From Ginkgo biloba (taxonomy: Eukaryota; Plantae; Ginkgophyta), in the NCBI GenBank assembly GCA_024626585.2, contig JANKJI020000002.1, positions 113,782,928-113,816,545 of the forward strand: a stretch of DNA of 33,618 bases, in the 5' to 3' direction. Positions 1 to 11,898 of this stretch are shown here, one piece after another (positions within the stretch are counted from its first letter, which is position 1; each line of letters starts with the position of its first letter). A model generated the notes under the pieces. That model worked only from the letters and a program-made list of their open reading frames with translations. It did not search any database and was not told the origin of the DNA. Made by a program: the position numbers and the translations under genes.

Positions 1-699
1 CCATATTCAATAGTCTTTGGGTTACTTATTGTATTGGGATCATATCATAAATCTTCACTATGTTTGAATCAACTTCATCCTTTTACGACAATTGATGCCA
101 GCAGCTAGGGTGTTTTACTTTGAGATTTAAGTTGCATGGTTTATCTCTAGACTAAGAGAATGTTCTCTTATAATTGTGTTTGATGTGGAGAAGTGAAGAA
201 GAGAATATTTGTGTGTGGCTTGAAGGCTTGGGAGTGATCTGCCTAAGGATTGTGGAGCTTGGTCCCCACTAAGGACTATGATATCAGAATCAATTGGTGC
301 CTTAGCACCCACTTTTCCAGTAGCTATATACAATATCAAAGTCATTTCAAGCACATTTAGTTCTTCAACAACAGGTCCTTTATGTATCAGCGTCCATGAG
401 TGTTGGCACTCAGGTTATGAATTTTGTAAATCGTTGTCTTACATTATAGTGTTTTTTACTATGTTGGCTTTTGTGGCAAAATTTTGACATTAAAGGGAGT
501 GTTGGAACAGTGTCTCCAAGGAAAAGTTATAGGAGAGGGTTCTATCATTAGTTCTAGTAGTTGTCTAAAATGATTCAAACTATAGTGACTATGTTATTTT
601 TAGATCTTCTTAAATTATCTCAAAAGAGTATTTTTCTATCAATCATTTATGTTTATGGTTATTTAGTTATTTTGTGTGATAAATTGTTTATGTAAAACC

Positions 700-897
700 A
701 ATGTTCGCTCATCTTTCAAATAGTGTTTATTCGTCTATTGGGCAATGTTCGTTCACCTCACAGACAGTGTTGATTCGTCTCACATATAATGTCCATTCAT
801 CACAATGTCTGTTTGTTTCACATGTAGTGTTCGTTCGTCTCACATATAGTGTTTGTTTGTCACATAGATAGTGTTCGTTCGTCCTACAGGTAGTGTC
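700..897. repeat. Degenerate ~21-23 bp tandem repeat (consensus near AGTGTTCGTTCGTCTCACATAT), probably inside an LTR
   Basis: Recurring units such as gtgttcgttcgtctcacatata, gtgttgattcgtctcacatata and gtgttcgttcgtcctacagg. A purine tract followed by TG (aaagggag|TGTTGG, 492-505) upstream resembles a PPT/3'-LTR start. Confidence 0.75.
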
Positions 898-963
898 CAA
901 TTGCAACCAGAGTTACCGATCACAAGCATTCCATTACAAAGATTTTCTTGGGTATTCTAAATT

Positions 964-1433
964 TAAAAAGAGGCTCCTAACATTAATTAGATCATGGAGG
1001 ATATGTTGAAATCTCATGTTGCAACTGGGCAAGCTAGTTGGGAGGAGAGACTTCCTTTCATTGACTTTGCATACAACAACACTAAGCATTCGAATACAGG
1101 TATGATGTCTTTTAAGCCTATGTATGGTTATGAGCCCTTAATTCCTTTGGACCTTAATTTGAAGAATTTTAAGAGAAAGACCCAAGTTTCCCTAGAGATG
1201 CTCAAGTAGATGCGAGAAGAATCAAGGGAGTGCCGAAAGGATATTGAAAGAGAACAATCTCACGCTCAGTTGTATGAAGATTAGCATAGGTCACGGAGGA
1301 GTTTCGAGGTAGTCCAAGTCAAAACAAATAGCTCATTGTCGACGAGATGGAGTGCTAAGTTGTCTCCTTGGTATGGCAGCCCTTTTCAAGTGCAAGAGAA
1401 AATCAATGAAGTGGCTTATCGATTGTAGTTGTC
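964..1433 (+). mobile_element. Ty3/Gypsy (chromovirus-like) integrase C-terminal remnant
   Basis: Translates to EDML..SWEERLPFIDFAYNNTKHSNTGMMSFKPMYG (typical W...LP..EFAYNNS.HSS.GM.PF..LYG), then KLSPWYGSPFQVQEKINEVAYRL (GPY/F motif region). Stops are present and an N gap truncates it. Confidence 0.9.
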
Positions 1434-1684
1434 NNNNNNNNNNNNNNNNNNNNNNNNNNNNNNNNNNNNNNNNNNNNNNNNNNNNNNNNNNNNNNNNNNN
1501 NNNNNNNNNNNNNNNNNNNNNNNNNNNNNNNNNCCTCTAAGCACATAGGATGGAAACTGGAAATTTGGATCTTTAGCCCTGGCCTATATCACATGCTTAT
1601 CCTAGGCCCATTGTTGACTTGAAGAGAAGATTGTATTCTAAATGTCTAGGTCTTGTATGAGGGTGACATTGGAGAAGGCTTGAG

Positions 1685-2660
1685 AATTAGCATAGATCAC
1701 GACCTTCTTCATTTGTGTAAGTCAACTCTCTATTTCCCCCTTGAGCAGCCAAAATGCTATGAAGGCCTTTACTTTCAACCTTCTCTTTAGCATGAGATAA
1801 ACCCCGTACGCCACATCATCCCAATTTGCTCAATCCGTTATACCTTGATGTAGTCCAGTATGGTTGTAGCAAGTGCCATTCCTTAGTTTGAAGTTGATTA
1901 AAACAGTATTGTTGAAAGGAAGAATATGTTGAGGCTTCATCTTCTAAGTTCTATAAATATTTGAATAGGCCCAACACTGAGGTCTCACCATAGGATTAAC
2001 CCAATCAACTCTCTCCATCAATTCCATCATTATTGGATAAGCAACTATGAGGGTCAGAAAGTACCAACATGTTTGTTGAGTTAATACACAGAACTCATTA
2101 AGACGTTTTGCATACCATTCTGCCCAATAATACTTCTCCTATAACCACATTGGACACTTGGCAACACATTGAATTGATAGATAGATATTCACTTCATCGC
2201 AAAACAATCTCTTGGCAATAATCATTGCAATCCATAAGTTGTCGGGTTCTAAATGGTCGATATGGTGAACCTATTAACTGTCCAAGATATAATGCTTAAG
2301 CAATTTTGGACTCTGTTGTGCTCTTTCCTTCACCCTTGGGATCAATTTCCCTACCATCATTCAATAAGCCAAATAAGGTTGATATTTTTTTTGGCATTAA
2401 TGAAGAGCCTCTTTATGCCGATATAAAGTGTGCCCATCTCAAAGAGTCTTAGCAACTCAACCATTGTTGTGTATTCTATATAAATTACTGGCATTTCTGC
2501 CACATCAAACACTTGTAATACCTGTTATGCTAGCTAGTGTTGCCCATCTTGTGACTCTGCAAACTTCATCCATTCATCAATGAACAGACTCAAATCATCC
2601 TCCAACACCTCGTGCATCCAGAAATTAACCATAGTGTTTACTCTTAACCACACAGGAATG
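1685..2660 (-). pseudogene. Decayed unidentified ORF, probably a retrotransposon accessory ORF
   Basis: Long protein-like stretches with few stops or frameshifts: VWLRVNTMVNFWMHEVLEDDLSLFIDEWMKFAESQDG; LFINAK/ISTLFGLLNDGREIDPK (across a frameshift); YWAEWYAKRLNEFCVLTQQTCWYF..RPQCWAYS. No gag, RT or integrase motifs were recognised. Confidence 0.4.
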
Positions 2661-4821
2661 GTGATGCAAGAAATTTTATTTACATTTGTTCAATGACATC
2701 ACATTTTGTGCAAGTACCAGCGCTTTTAACTCAATCACTATTATGACTCCATGCACTATTCACCAATTCTCTCTTGCACTATCGTCTTTCCAATTCTCAA
2801 TTCATAATAAAAGTGTTTAAGTGCTTGCTCATGGACTTTTATAACAAAAATTGGGAGCAAGTGAATTCAAGTTCATATTAGATACCTTTATGCCTAAGAT
2901 GATGCGTGATCGAGCGCCTTAAAGTTGCATGAATCAAATCATAATACTAAGCATTGTATGGTCGGTTGTCGCATCATGGCCAAGAGGCCTCCTTGGTCTC
3001 TAGTAAGCATTGCGAGCCTAACCAGGGAAGGGAGANNNNNNNNNNNNNNNNNNNNNNNNNNNNNNNNNNNNNNNNNNNNNNNNNNNNNNNNNNNNNNNNN
3101 NNNNNNNNNNNNNNNNNNNNNNNNNNNNNNNNNNNATGATCATGGAAGGTAAGGATAATATATATGAGAAATGATGGTTTCATAGTTATGAATCTAATAT
3201 TTCATGCATGTATGAGTATTTCATTAACGATTTCCTCAAAGAAGAAAGTTTAGATAAAGATCAAATGAAAATTTCTAGAGAAATGGACCATGAAGGAAAT
3301 TATTGTGGTGAAGATGATTATGATCTTGGTGTATATGATACTATTAAGGATGGCCCTTGTTGATCACTCAATACACCCCACCCTCATGCGCTAGGGAGGG
3401 CCCCTCAGGACCTTTCTTCCCGTGCTATTCTCTGTGTCTACTTTTCCCATCCTTTCCTTCTCTCATTAAATGGTTCAAGTCAAAGTTCACCCACCCCACC
3501 ATATAGAAGGTCACTCAGTTATCCAGCTTACAAAGGTCCTTGAGACACTTTGAGTTTGCCCCTCCCATGTAACAAAGTTACTTTGGTCAAACAAATAGCC
3601 GCTAGAGTTAATAACAAAGAAAATTTATTTCACAGGTAGTATGTTAGAATGTATGCGCAGGTGTGAGGAGGTGTAAGATTCAGCCACGCGGTGAACACAC
3701 ACTCTATTGTTCCATGAATGGAACTTTGGGTTAAACTACAAGGAGTCGTGGGCATAAGAAAGCTCGGGGTCCCCATGACCTGAGATGAAGACATGTGTCC
3801 ATGTCTCAGAAGAAGGAGAAGCCCAATGCCAGCAAGTAAATGTACAACCTAGATAAATAAATGATGCAGAATCTGGGGGGATGACAGGTAGACACACGTC
3901 ACGCTCCTCAGAGTGAAGCCTTTGACAAGTAGGTATGGGAGCGCCACAACCTCAGGATCCTAAGAGCTCACTCAAGGCCAGATAGGTGTTCATTCCTTGC
4001 TAGCCGAGGACCCCAATCTACCTTAACTAAATAATTTAAGAACAAGCCCAAACCTTCAGGGCACAATGGACTGCCAAGTGTACACTTCCCGTATCCCCTC
4101 CCCCGTTATCTTAGCAAATTATACGAAGGGGAATTAAATAAGACTAGCCAGGTTAAGGATATGGTAGTGTGAAGTTATGCCAAGTATGGGACAGAATCTA
4201 AAAGGAGAGTGAAGTCACCCGAGTTACAGAAGGTTCCATCAAGGCTTCCAATCCCACGTGTATGGGAAAGATCCACCAAATAGGCAGAGTCGTTCCCCCC
4301 AAAAGACCATAAAAGGTGGAGCTTTGCGTTAAAGAAGAGCATTGGCATCTAGAGAAGTTACCATAATAGTCATTATCTTATGATTATCTTAGCACCCCTG
4401 CGATGAGAATTCTAGGCATCATGCCCCTTGTGAACTTCATTCCAAGTAGCGTATCTTCTTCTCCATGGCTTCCAAGGTATTATCAAATATGCCATCATTT
4501 CAAAGGAAGGGGTCAAGTATTGAGGAATGACTAATGTTTATGAGTTGCACTTGCAACAACCTTTGGCTCTCATACAGATGCCATATATAGTAGTAAGTTG
4601 TCATGTGAACAGTGTACAATCTCCATATATTGATGTTGCCCCAGTAGCCATATTTTAGGATTTAAAATTAAATAGCAAGTTCTTGTGTATTCTAGCATTC
4701 AAATCTTTCTTCACAATCTCTCATATGATATAATTACATCCATACTCTCATAGAAATGGACATGCCATTATTCTCACATGTCACATGATAACCAAGTTTG
4801 TAACCTATGGACTTGTGCAAC

Positions 4822-5556
4822 TGTAACAACCTACTCTCCTACTACTACATACATGTCTTAAAAGACATAAGTTAATATAAGCAAATAATGAGCTAAGTGA
4901 GGCAACTTTAATCATACAGTTAAAACAAGTAGCTACCATACTTAATGCGCACGCATTCTACACAAATAAACAATACTTGTATAACAAACATAAATATTTA
5001 TTTATGTTAGCTAATGGTATGATATTTAAGTTAGTAGGATAGGGATTGTTAGTAGGACATTTTGCAATCTAAAGATCCAACACCATCTATTGGCCATGGG
5101 GACAACCTATATGGCTTGGACAGAATGGGCAACCAAACCTTCGGCGCATAAATGCAAGTCCCATAGTGGCTATCATCGATCCACTAGAGTCCACCCCTCA
5201 ACCCCTCTCGGTCAAGGATGTCAGGCTTAGGCCTATAAGGCCACTTTGGCATCATGGATAACCTCTCCACAAAGAGAACATTACAACCCCGACTAATACA
5301 TATTTGGCTTTCGTCTTAAAAACCCTAGGTCTACACCAATAACCCTCGACCAAAAACCCTATTGATTTCATGTTTGCACCAATAGAACATGAACGTATGG
5401 TTGCAACAACAGACCATACCGAAATGTCTATACCAATATTCACTAGCCTTACAACTATGCCAATAGTTATAGCTGGTAGAAATAAGCATAGGCATACACC
5501 CAACTCCTTTGGCATAAGCCACTATCAGTAAACCTCAAACATTATGTGAATGGATC
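4822..5556 (-). mobile_element. LTR-like family A, copy 1 (terminal part, reverse orientation)
   Basis: Begins TGTAACAACC at 4822, a Tekay/Del-like LTR terminus. Its reverse complement aligns by eye with ~20480-21225, e.g. ctagagtccacccctcaa (~5184) vs ttgaggggtggactctag (~20836). Confidence 0.7.
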
Positions 5557-6909
5557 NNNNNNNNNNNNNNNNNNNNNNNNNNNNNNNNNNNNNNNNNNNN
5601 NNNNNNNNNNNNNNNNNNNNNNNNNNNNNNNNNNNNNNNNNNNNNNNNNNNNNNNNATTCCCCCACTCATTGTATCATTTTATTCTCACTTATAGTATTA
5701 CTTTAATTTATCAAATTGGAGACACCTTATCCATCATTTTGGTGTTTTGCATGTTGTACTTTCAATCCCATCGACCGATTTTGGTAACCTGTGGGCATTA
5801 ATATAAACAAAGATCAAAGATCATAAAAGAAACTTCACATGGTAACTTAAATGAGAACAGTTCCACAAAACAATTTATAATCAACAAACTAAATTCAAAT
5901 CTACNNNNNNNNNNGGGGGCACCTTGTGCCCCCCTCTTTGTATGTAATTTTTCCAATTAATCGAATCATTTTGTTTAGAACCAAAAAAAACATCTATTAA
6001 GTTTTCTCTTTCTGCTACACATAACATTTACCTATGCTCCCAAAATGCCTTCCAATTTCACACCCATCCTAAGAAACAATTTAAAATACTTTACAAGACA
6101 TTTTGGCATTTCCTCTTCAGAAGACTTCCTACTGCTCAATAAACTAACGTCAGCGCATTAGAATTTTATTTGACATATTTGCAGCTTCACGGCATCTTGT
6201 CAATTGATTCTATTAGGAGTAAGTCAAATTAAATTTGAGTAAACTTGTCCTTCCTTAAAGTGGTTGACAATGTACTTAAATGAATAAACAAACAAGTAAT
6301 CAATGTTACTCTACCAATAAAAATTAACTCGTTTACTCAAAGATACAGGTTAGTGCTTAGTGGCCCTATATCACTAATTCAGATAAATTTCAATCAAGCT
6401 TCTTTGCTTAACATAATAAGCAAACAAAATGCAATGTGAATCATTCTTTTCATACTTCCTAAATTTTCCTTAATTAGGGACACTTTTCATAATTTGATAC
6501 GAGGTGTGCAAGAAGAAAACAAAACACAATTAATCAAATTAAAGTATCAGACTTCTTCCTATAACCTGTGGTCAAACAAATACTCCCACATGTATTCAAC
6601 ACTGGTCATAACGGCACATATAGGTTAATCTGAGTTTTGGAATGAGGTTGAGGTAGAAGTTGTTGGTTCTAAGGACTTATGGCACAGTAAATATGCTTTC
6701 GTCCATTGTTAGGCCTTGGGATTTTCCATGTCTTAGATGCATATTTGCCCTTGCAAACACCTAGCATCCACTGGGTGTGCCTAGATCTTTTACAAGCAGT
6801 CCTCTCCTCGTGGAAGCATCTCTGACATTGCAAGATAGCACCCAATGGTACAGACATGTAAAATTATCAAGGAAAATCACTATGATTTTTCATGCAGGCC
6901 ACCTTGTCT

Positions 6910-7127
6910 ACACTAGGAGAATAAGCCACTCCTCTTTTCCACCAAATCACATAGCAAGTGAATGATCGCCGAATCACATAGCAGGTGGATTTCAAATATC
7001 TACCCATTTTTTATGGAGGCCAACATGTCCACACTAGGAGAATAAGCCACTCGTCTTTTCCACCAAATCATATAGAAAGTGAATGATCGTTGAATCACAT
7101 GGTAGGTGGATATCAAACATCTACCCA
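6910..7127. repeat. Direct tandem duplication, 121-bp period (2 copies of a ~97-bp core)
   Basis: acactaggagaataagccactc...tctaccca starts at both 6910 and 7031 with a few substitutions. Confidence 0.92.
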
Positions 7128-7404
7128 CACCACCTACCAGATCACATAGTAGATAGATTTTAACTATAAACAACTCTTAATCGCGGTTGAGATCAAGCAA
7201 ACTTGCCAGACACATATATCAGTTGATGAGCTTCAATGCCAATATGTAATGTACACTAGTAGTTTCACAGTACTTAGTCACTATTCAACTCATCAAGTGA
7301 CTTANNNNNNNNNNNNNNNNNNNNNNNNNNNNNNNNNNNNNNNNNNNNNNNNNNNNNNNNNNNNNNNNNNNNNNNNNNNNNNNNNNNNNNNNNNNNNNNN
7401 NNNN

Positions 7405-10400
7405 TTCTTTCCAACCAAATGAACCAAAAGATGAACTTCGGGAGGGCTCTTCTTAATTATATAATATTAATATTGCCTTTCCCTTAATGGATGTTAAGCT
7501 TGATCATATTATAATATAAATTTAGCATGTCTAAAATATGTCCACTAAGAAATCCTTCCTCTTGAGGGTATCCTACTAAGGCCAAAGATTCTATCCATAC
7601 CTCCTTATTAAACCTGCAGTCATGAAAAATATGCTTCATTATCTCCTCCTCATTTCCACAAAAAATACATCTTGAGGGACCATGAATCCCTCTACATTTC
7701 AGATTATCCCTAGTTCGGATGGCGTTATGAAAAATGAACCATACAATTTTTTTTATCTTTGGTAGACCTAGAGACTTCCATAAAGATATTCATTTCTTGT
7801 TTGCAATCCCTCCCCTTTGTCGATCCAGGACCTCATAGCCTCCTTTTACCATATAAAAGGTTTGTCCCTAAGCTCCACACCATGCTAGGATATCCTTATT
7901 CTTAGAAATAAAGGGTCTCTCTTTATTAATATATCAACTAAAATTTGGTATTCATAAGATATCTCAATTGGAATCTCATCCTAGTCCTCTAACGCCTTCC
8001 AAGATAACATTAAGAGGCAACCTTTAGGGATTCTCATAACCTATTTTTTGACAAAGTTTTCCATCTTCTACTAATACCTAGCTAGAAACCTCTCTCCTAA
8101 TCTCTCCATATTTACCTCCTATATGAATGAACATCTTTCAATAAAAACATCATCAAACAAGTTAATTCTCTTGCCATCTCCTAGTATCCATAATAGATAG
8201 TCATGTACCAACAATAAACCTTTTAGGATATTTCACCAAAATATGGAGAAATAATTATGTAGGATTAACTCCCATAAAAAGGAATTTATTGAGACCCTTA
8301 TACAATGTTTTTTAATCAATATATCCTTCTGAAGGGATGAAGGGTCCATACCCAACATCCAAGCCTATTTATCCCCAAGAGATTCTTCCTAGATCCCCAT
8401 CATATGAATCCCTTGTCCTCCTTCCTTCTTAGCTCTACAAAGTGTATTCCATCTTAATACAATTATTTTCTTATCTTTCCATACTTTCTATATAAAATCC
8501 CTCATAATATTCTCAAACTCCTCCAAAATCCCTTTTGGGGCCATGAAACATGAGTACAAGAAGATAATAAAGGATGCTAGTACAAACTTAATTAATGTTA
8601 CCTTCCCATCCATTTTAAGACATATTGAGGAGCATCCTTATATTATATTTCATAATTTATGAATTATTAGAATCCATTATTTACTCTTTAATTGGTTAGG
8701 TGACAATGACACTCCTAAATACCTTATTGGCGTATCAAAGTATCCCCTCTAAAATCCTAAAATCATGCATATACTATTATGTAGTCTCACTAAACCATTC
8801 ATCATGAAGACAGATATTTTATNNNNNNNNNNNNNNNNNNNNNNNNNNNNNNNNNNNNNNNNNNNNNNNNNNNNNNNNNNNNNNNNNNNNNNNNNNNNNN
8901 NNNNNNNNNNNNGAATCGTATCGTCAATGAATTGTACATGAGTTAGCCTTTTGTAATTTGAGGTTACCTCTACTCCAATCAAGGAATTTGAAATATCTTT
9001 ACTTACCAATAATCTACCTAAAGCCTTCATTGCCAACACAAATAGGCTCAAAGAAAGAGGACATCCCTGTGTGATACCTCTAGTACTCCAAAAGTATCTA
9101 GTTGGACTACCATTCACCAAAATAGAAAATAAGGGATTAGTGATGCAACCTTCAACCTAATTTCTCCAATCCTCGCATAAACAAAAGCATTCAATAACTT
9201 TTAGAAGAAATCCTTTGTCCAACCTGTCATAGGCCTTGGCCATGTCCAACTTAATATACATCATTGGATCCTTGACTCTTGTTGAATGAAGATCTTCTTG
9301 GGCCAACATCACACTATTTGTTTCCCTTACACAAATCCACCTTGTTCCTTTGAAATCAAACGTGGAAGGACCTTCCTTCATCTATTAATTTTATAATAGA
9401 CATTGCATAGAGATATCGGTCTGAATTTGTCAAAGTCATTGGAGTTTTTATCTCTTGGAATTAATGCTATGAAGGTAGAGTTCATGCTTCCCAACACTTT
9501 ACCTTATCACTTCAATTCCTCACAACATCTCAACAAGTATTCCTTGATTATTGATCAACAAGCCTTGAATAAATTAACCTGGAATCCATTATGTTGTGGT
9601 GATTTGTCATCCTTCATGCTGAAGACCGTTTTCTTTAATTCCTCCATGGAGATCAATTTAATTAGGTCTCTGTTCTTCATCGTTCACTAACTTTGGGATC
9701 GCTTATATGATCTCCTCCTGAGCAAAGGACCTGCCCACTTGTTCTTTCGACAAGAGAATAGAGATATATTTGACAACCTCCTCCTTAAACTCTTCTTGGG
9801 AACTTGTCCATTTCCCATTCCCCTTATTTACTTTTAGAATAAAATTTGAATGAGTTCTCTATTTAGCTTCTTTGTGGAAGAAAGAAGAGTTCCTATCTCT
9901 TGTCGCTAACCAAATCATCCTAGATTTCAACCTCCACATTTCCTCTTCCTCCTATAATAAGGCATCCAATGCCTTAATATCTTATGATTCTCTAAAGGCC
10001 AACTCTGAAGAGAGGCCCACTAGGTCTACTTCCTCTTGAATGTTGGCTAATTGTGATTCAACCAAGACCTTTACTTATTTTTTCTTGTCTATTATCCTGT
10101 GGCCTCACTCCTTTAGTTTAGATTTAAAAAAAATCAATTTCTTAATGAGCTTATACATCTCTGACCTGTAGGCAGGCTCTCCCACTCTCCACCACCGCCT
10201 TACATTTCCCTGAAAGTATTTTTCTTGGATCATTTGAGGATTAGATTTGAATGGCACCCTAGATGGTTTACGTAAAGAGATCAACTCAACATTTATCATT
10301 CTATGATATGACACTCCATTAAATAGGATTCTTGAGTCAAAATTCATGTACATAGATATACATCCATCGTTCACCAAAAATCTATTTAGACGTTTTGCAA

Positions 10401-10450
10401 CATAGGTTGCTCCCAATCTATGATTTGACTAGGTGAAGGATCCAGATCTT
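7405..10450 (-). mobile_element. L1-clade LINE ORF2 remnant (endonuclease end, RT, zf-RVT), degenerate
   Basis: Minus-strand motifs in canonical order: NHRLGATYVAKRLNRFLVN (end of APE domain), KSRMIWLATRDRNSSFFHK, DFDKFRPISLCN, IKLDMAKAYDRL, RGITQGCPLS, THVQFIDDT (F/YADD), YLGV, GPSRCIFCGNEEEIMKHIFHDC (zf-RVT). Many stops and frameshifts. Confidence 0.96.
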
Positions 10451-10657
10451 GACTTTGCATGTATCACATTATATTAATATGAGTTTTTTTTGCCCNNNNN
10501 NNNNNNNNNCATTTTTTTTATGAGCGCATCATGATTGGATGCGAATTGGTTGGAATTATGTACTATTAGTTTCAAATGCATGGGAAAGTTAGTCTTGCAT
10601 GTAGGAATTAAATTCATGCATATGATTATTCTAAGTTGTAGGCATTTTAGAAACATA

Positions 10658-10843
10658 CTAGTACTTACCTGTGGCAAGTAATTGCCACAGGTCGTCCTCC
10701 CTCGCCCCCTTTCCTGCTCGACCACCTCCTCTCCGTTCCGCCACGGCCCCCCAACGACTAAAACATTTGGCGTCGTGTATGCGTGCGCAAAAATATTTTA
10801 ATAATATTTTTGTGCCGTGATGCCAAATGTTTTAGTAGTATGA
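10658..10843 (-). mobile_element. Short non-autonomous Helitron (~186 bp)
   Basis: On the minus strand: 5' A|TCATACTACTA... and 3' ...ACCTGTGGCAA-ttac-TTGCCACAGGT-aagta-CTAG|T. This gives a TC start, a perfect 11-bp subterminal hairpin, a CTAG end, insertion between A and T, and no TSD. The 3' end is better supported than the 5' end. Confidence 0.75.
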
Positions 10844-11898
10844 TAAATATTTACGGTTTTATTGACCACCCACTTGGGTCGTGCCTTACCTTGGTTCAAA
10901 ATCATTAAACTTTTGCTGGTGGGTTTGAAGGAAAGGTGGTGCATCCCATCGGGGGTGGCCTGGTGCACCTCAAAAATGATTTTGAATGAGAATTCATTTT
11001 GTTGAGTGAGAAGCAATTGTAGAGAGTAGAGCAGAGACTAATAGAGAATTGCAGAGGAGAGAAAATAGAGGGAACCAGAGGAAAAGAAGAAGAGAAGAGA
11101 GGCGGAGACCCTGAGAAGAAGCGCTAGAGGAGCAAGCAACACCCTGTGAGATACATAGCGTCAAGGTCCCAACACTTAGAAGAGTCAGCCGTTTGAGAGG
11201 AAGCGCTGCAAGCAAGAGGAAGCAATTGCTTTGGTTCCCAACAGACCACCTGGATAGTCTTCATTGCCTAGTTTCGCTTGAATACCTCCGCCACTTTCAT
11301 CTCCCTGGCCTCCTTTAAGAAAACAGTGCCCACTGTTATGTTAATGTGTATTATCTTGAAATCAATGAACTATCTTTGGCACTGTGTAAATTATCATTTC
11401 TGTCATTCATGTTGGTGTCCATGTTAAATGAGCAAGAATTTACTTATGTTTCTATGTATTTTCTTTTCTTCTGAAAATTGCAATCACTCTTCTTCTGAAA
11501 TTGCAAAGTTGTGGTTAGTTGTTTTAGTTTACACATTGTGAAAATGAACATGCGAACCTTAAGCAATCGCATGACTGGTTAGCACGGTTCAAATATCGTT
11601 GCTACACTTGTAAAACAGTTGTGATTTTGGCCCAGGCCGTTGTTTCTCCCTCTGGAGCGTCTTCCTCTATCTCTTTCATTTTTTGGTTGTTGGGACATGT
11701 TAGTCCCTTGTCGTTTTTCCTTCATTCGCCTTCATTTTTCTCTATTTTTCCTTATTCCCTCTTATTTCTTCCCATTATTGGGCCTTTGTGGCCCTTGTNN
11801 NNNNNNNNNNNNNNNNNNNNNNNNNNNNNNNNNNNNNNNNNNNNNNNNNNNNNNNNNNNNNNNNNNNNNNNNNNNNNNNNNNNNNNNNNNNNNNNNNN

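Noticed and set aside
1-490. Possible Ty1/Copia RT/RNase H tail (PYSIVFGLL..., PVAIY...) before a PPT-like site
   Set aside because: The motif similarity is too weak to call.
700-897. Short periodic repeat superficially like a CRISPR array
   Set aside because: The units are contiguous and degenerate with no unique spacers, there are no cas genes, and the context is eukaryotic TE sequence.
3662-4421. GC-richer block with TATA-like ccataaaagg, possibly a solo LTR
   Set aside because: No second copy in the window, and no convincing termini or TSD.
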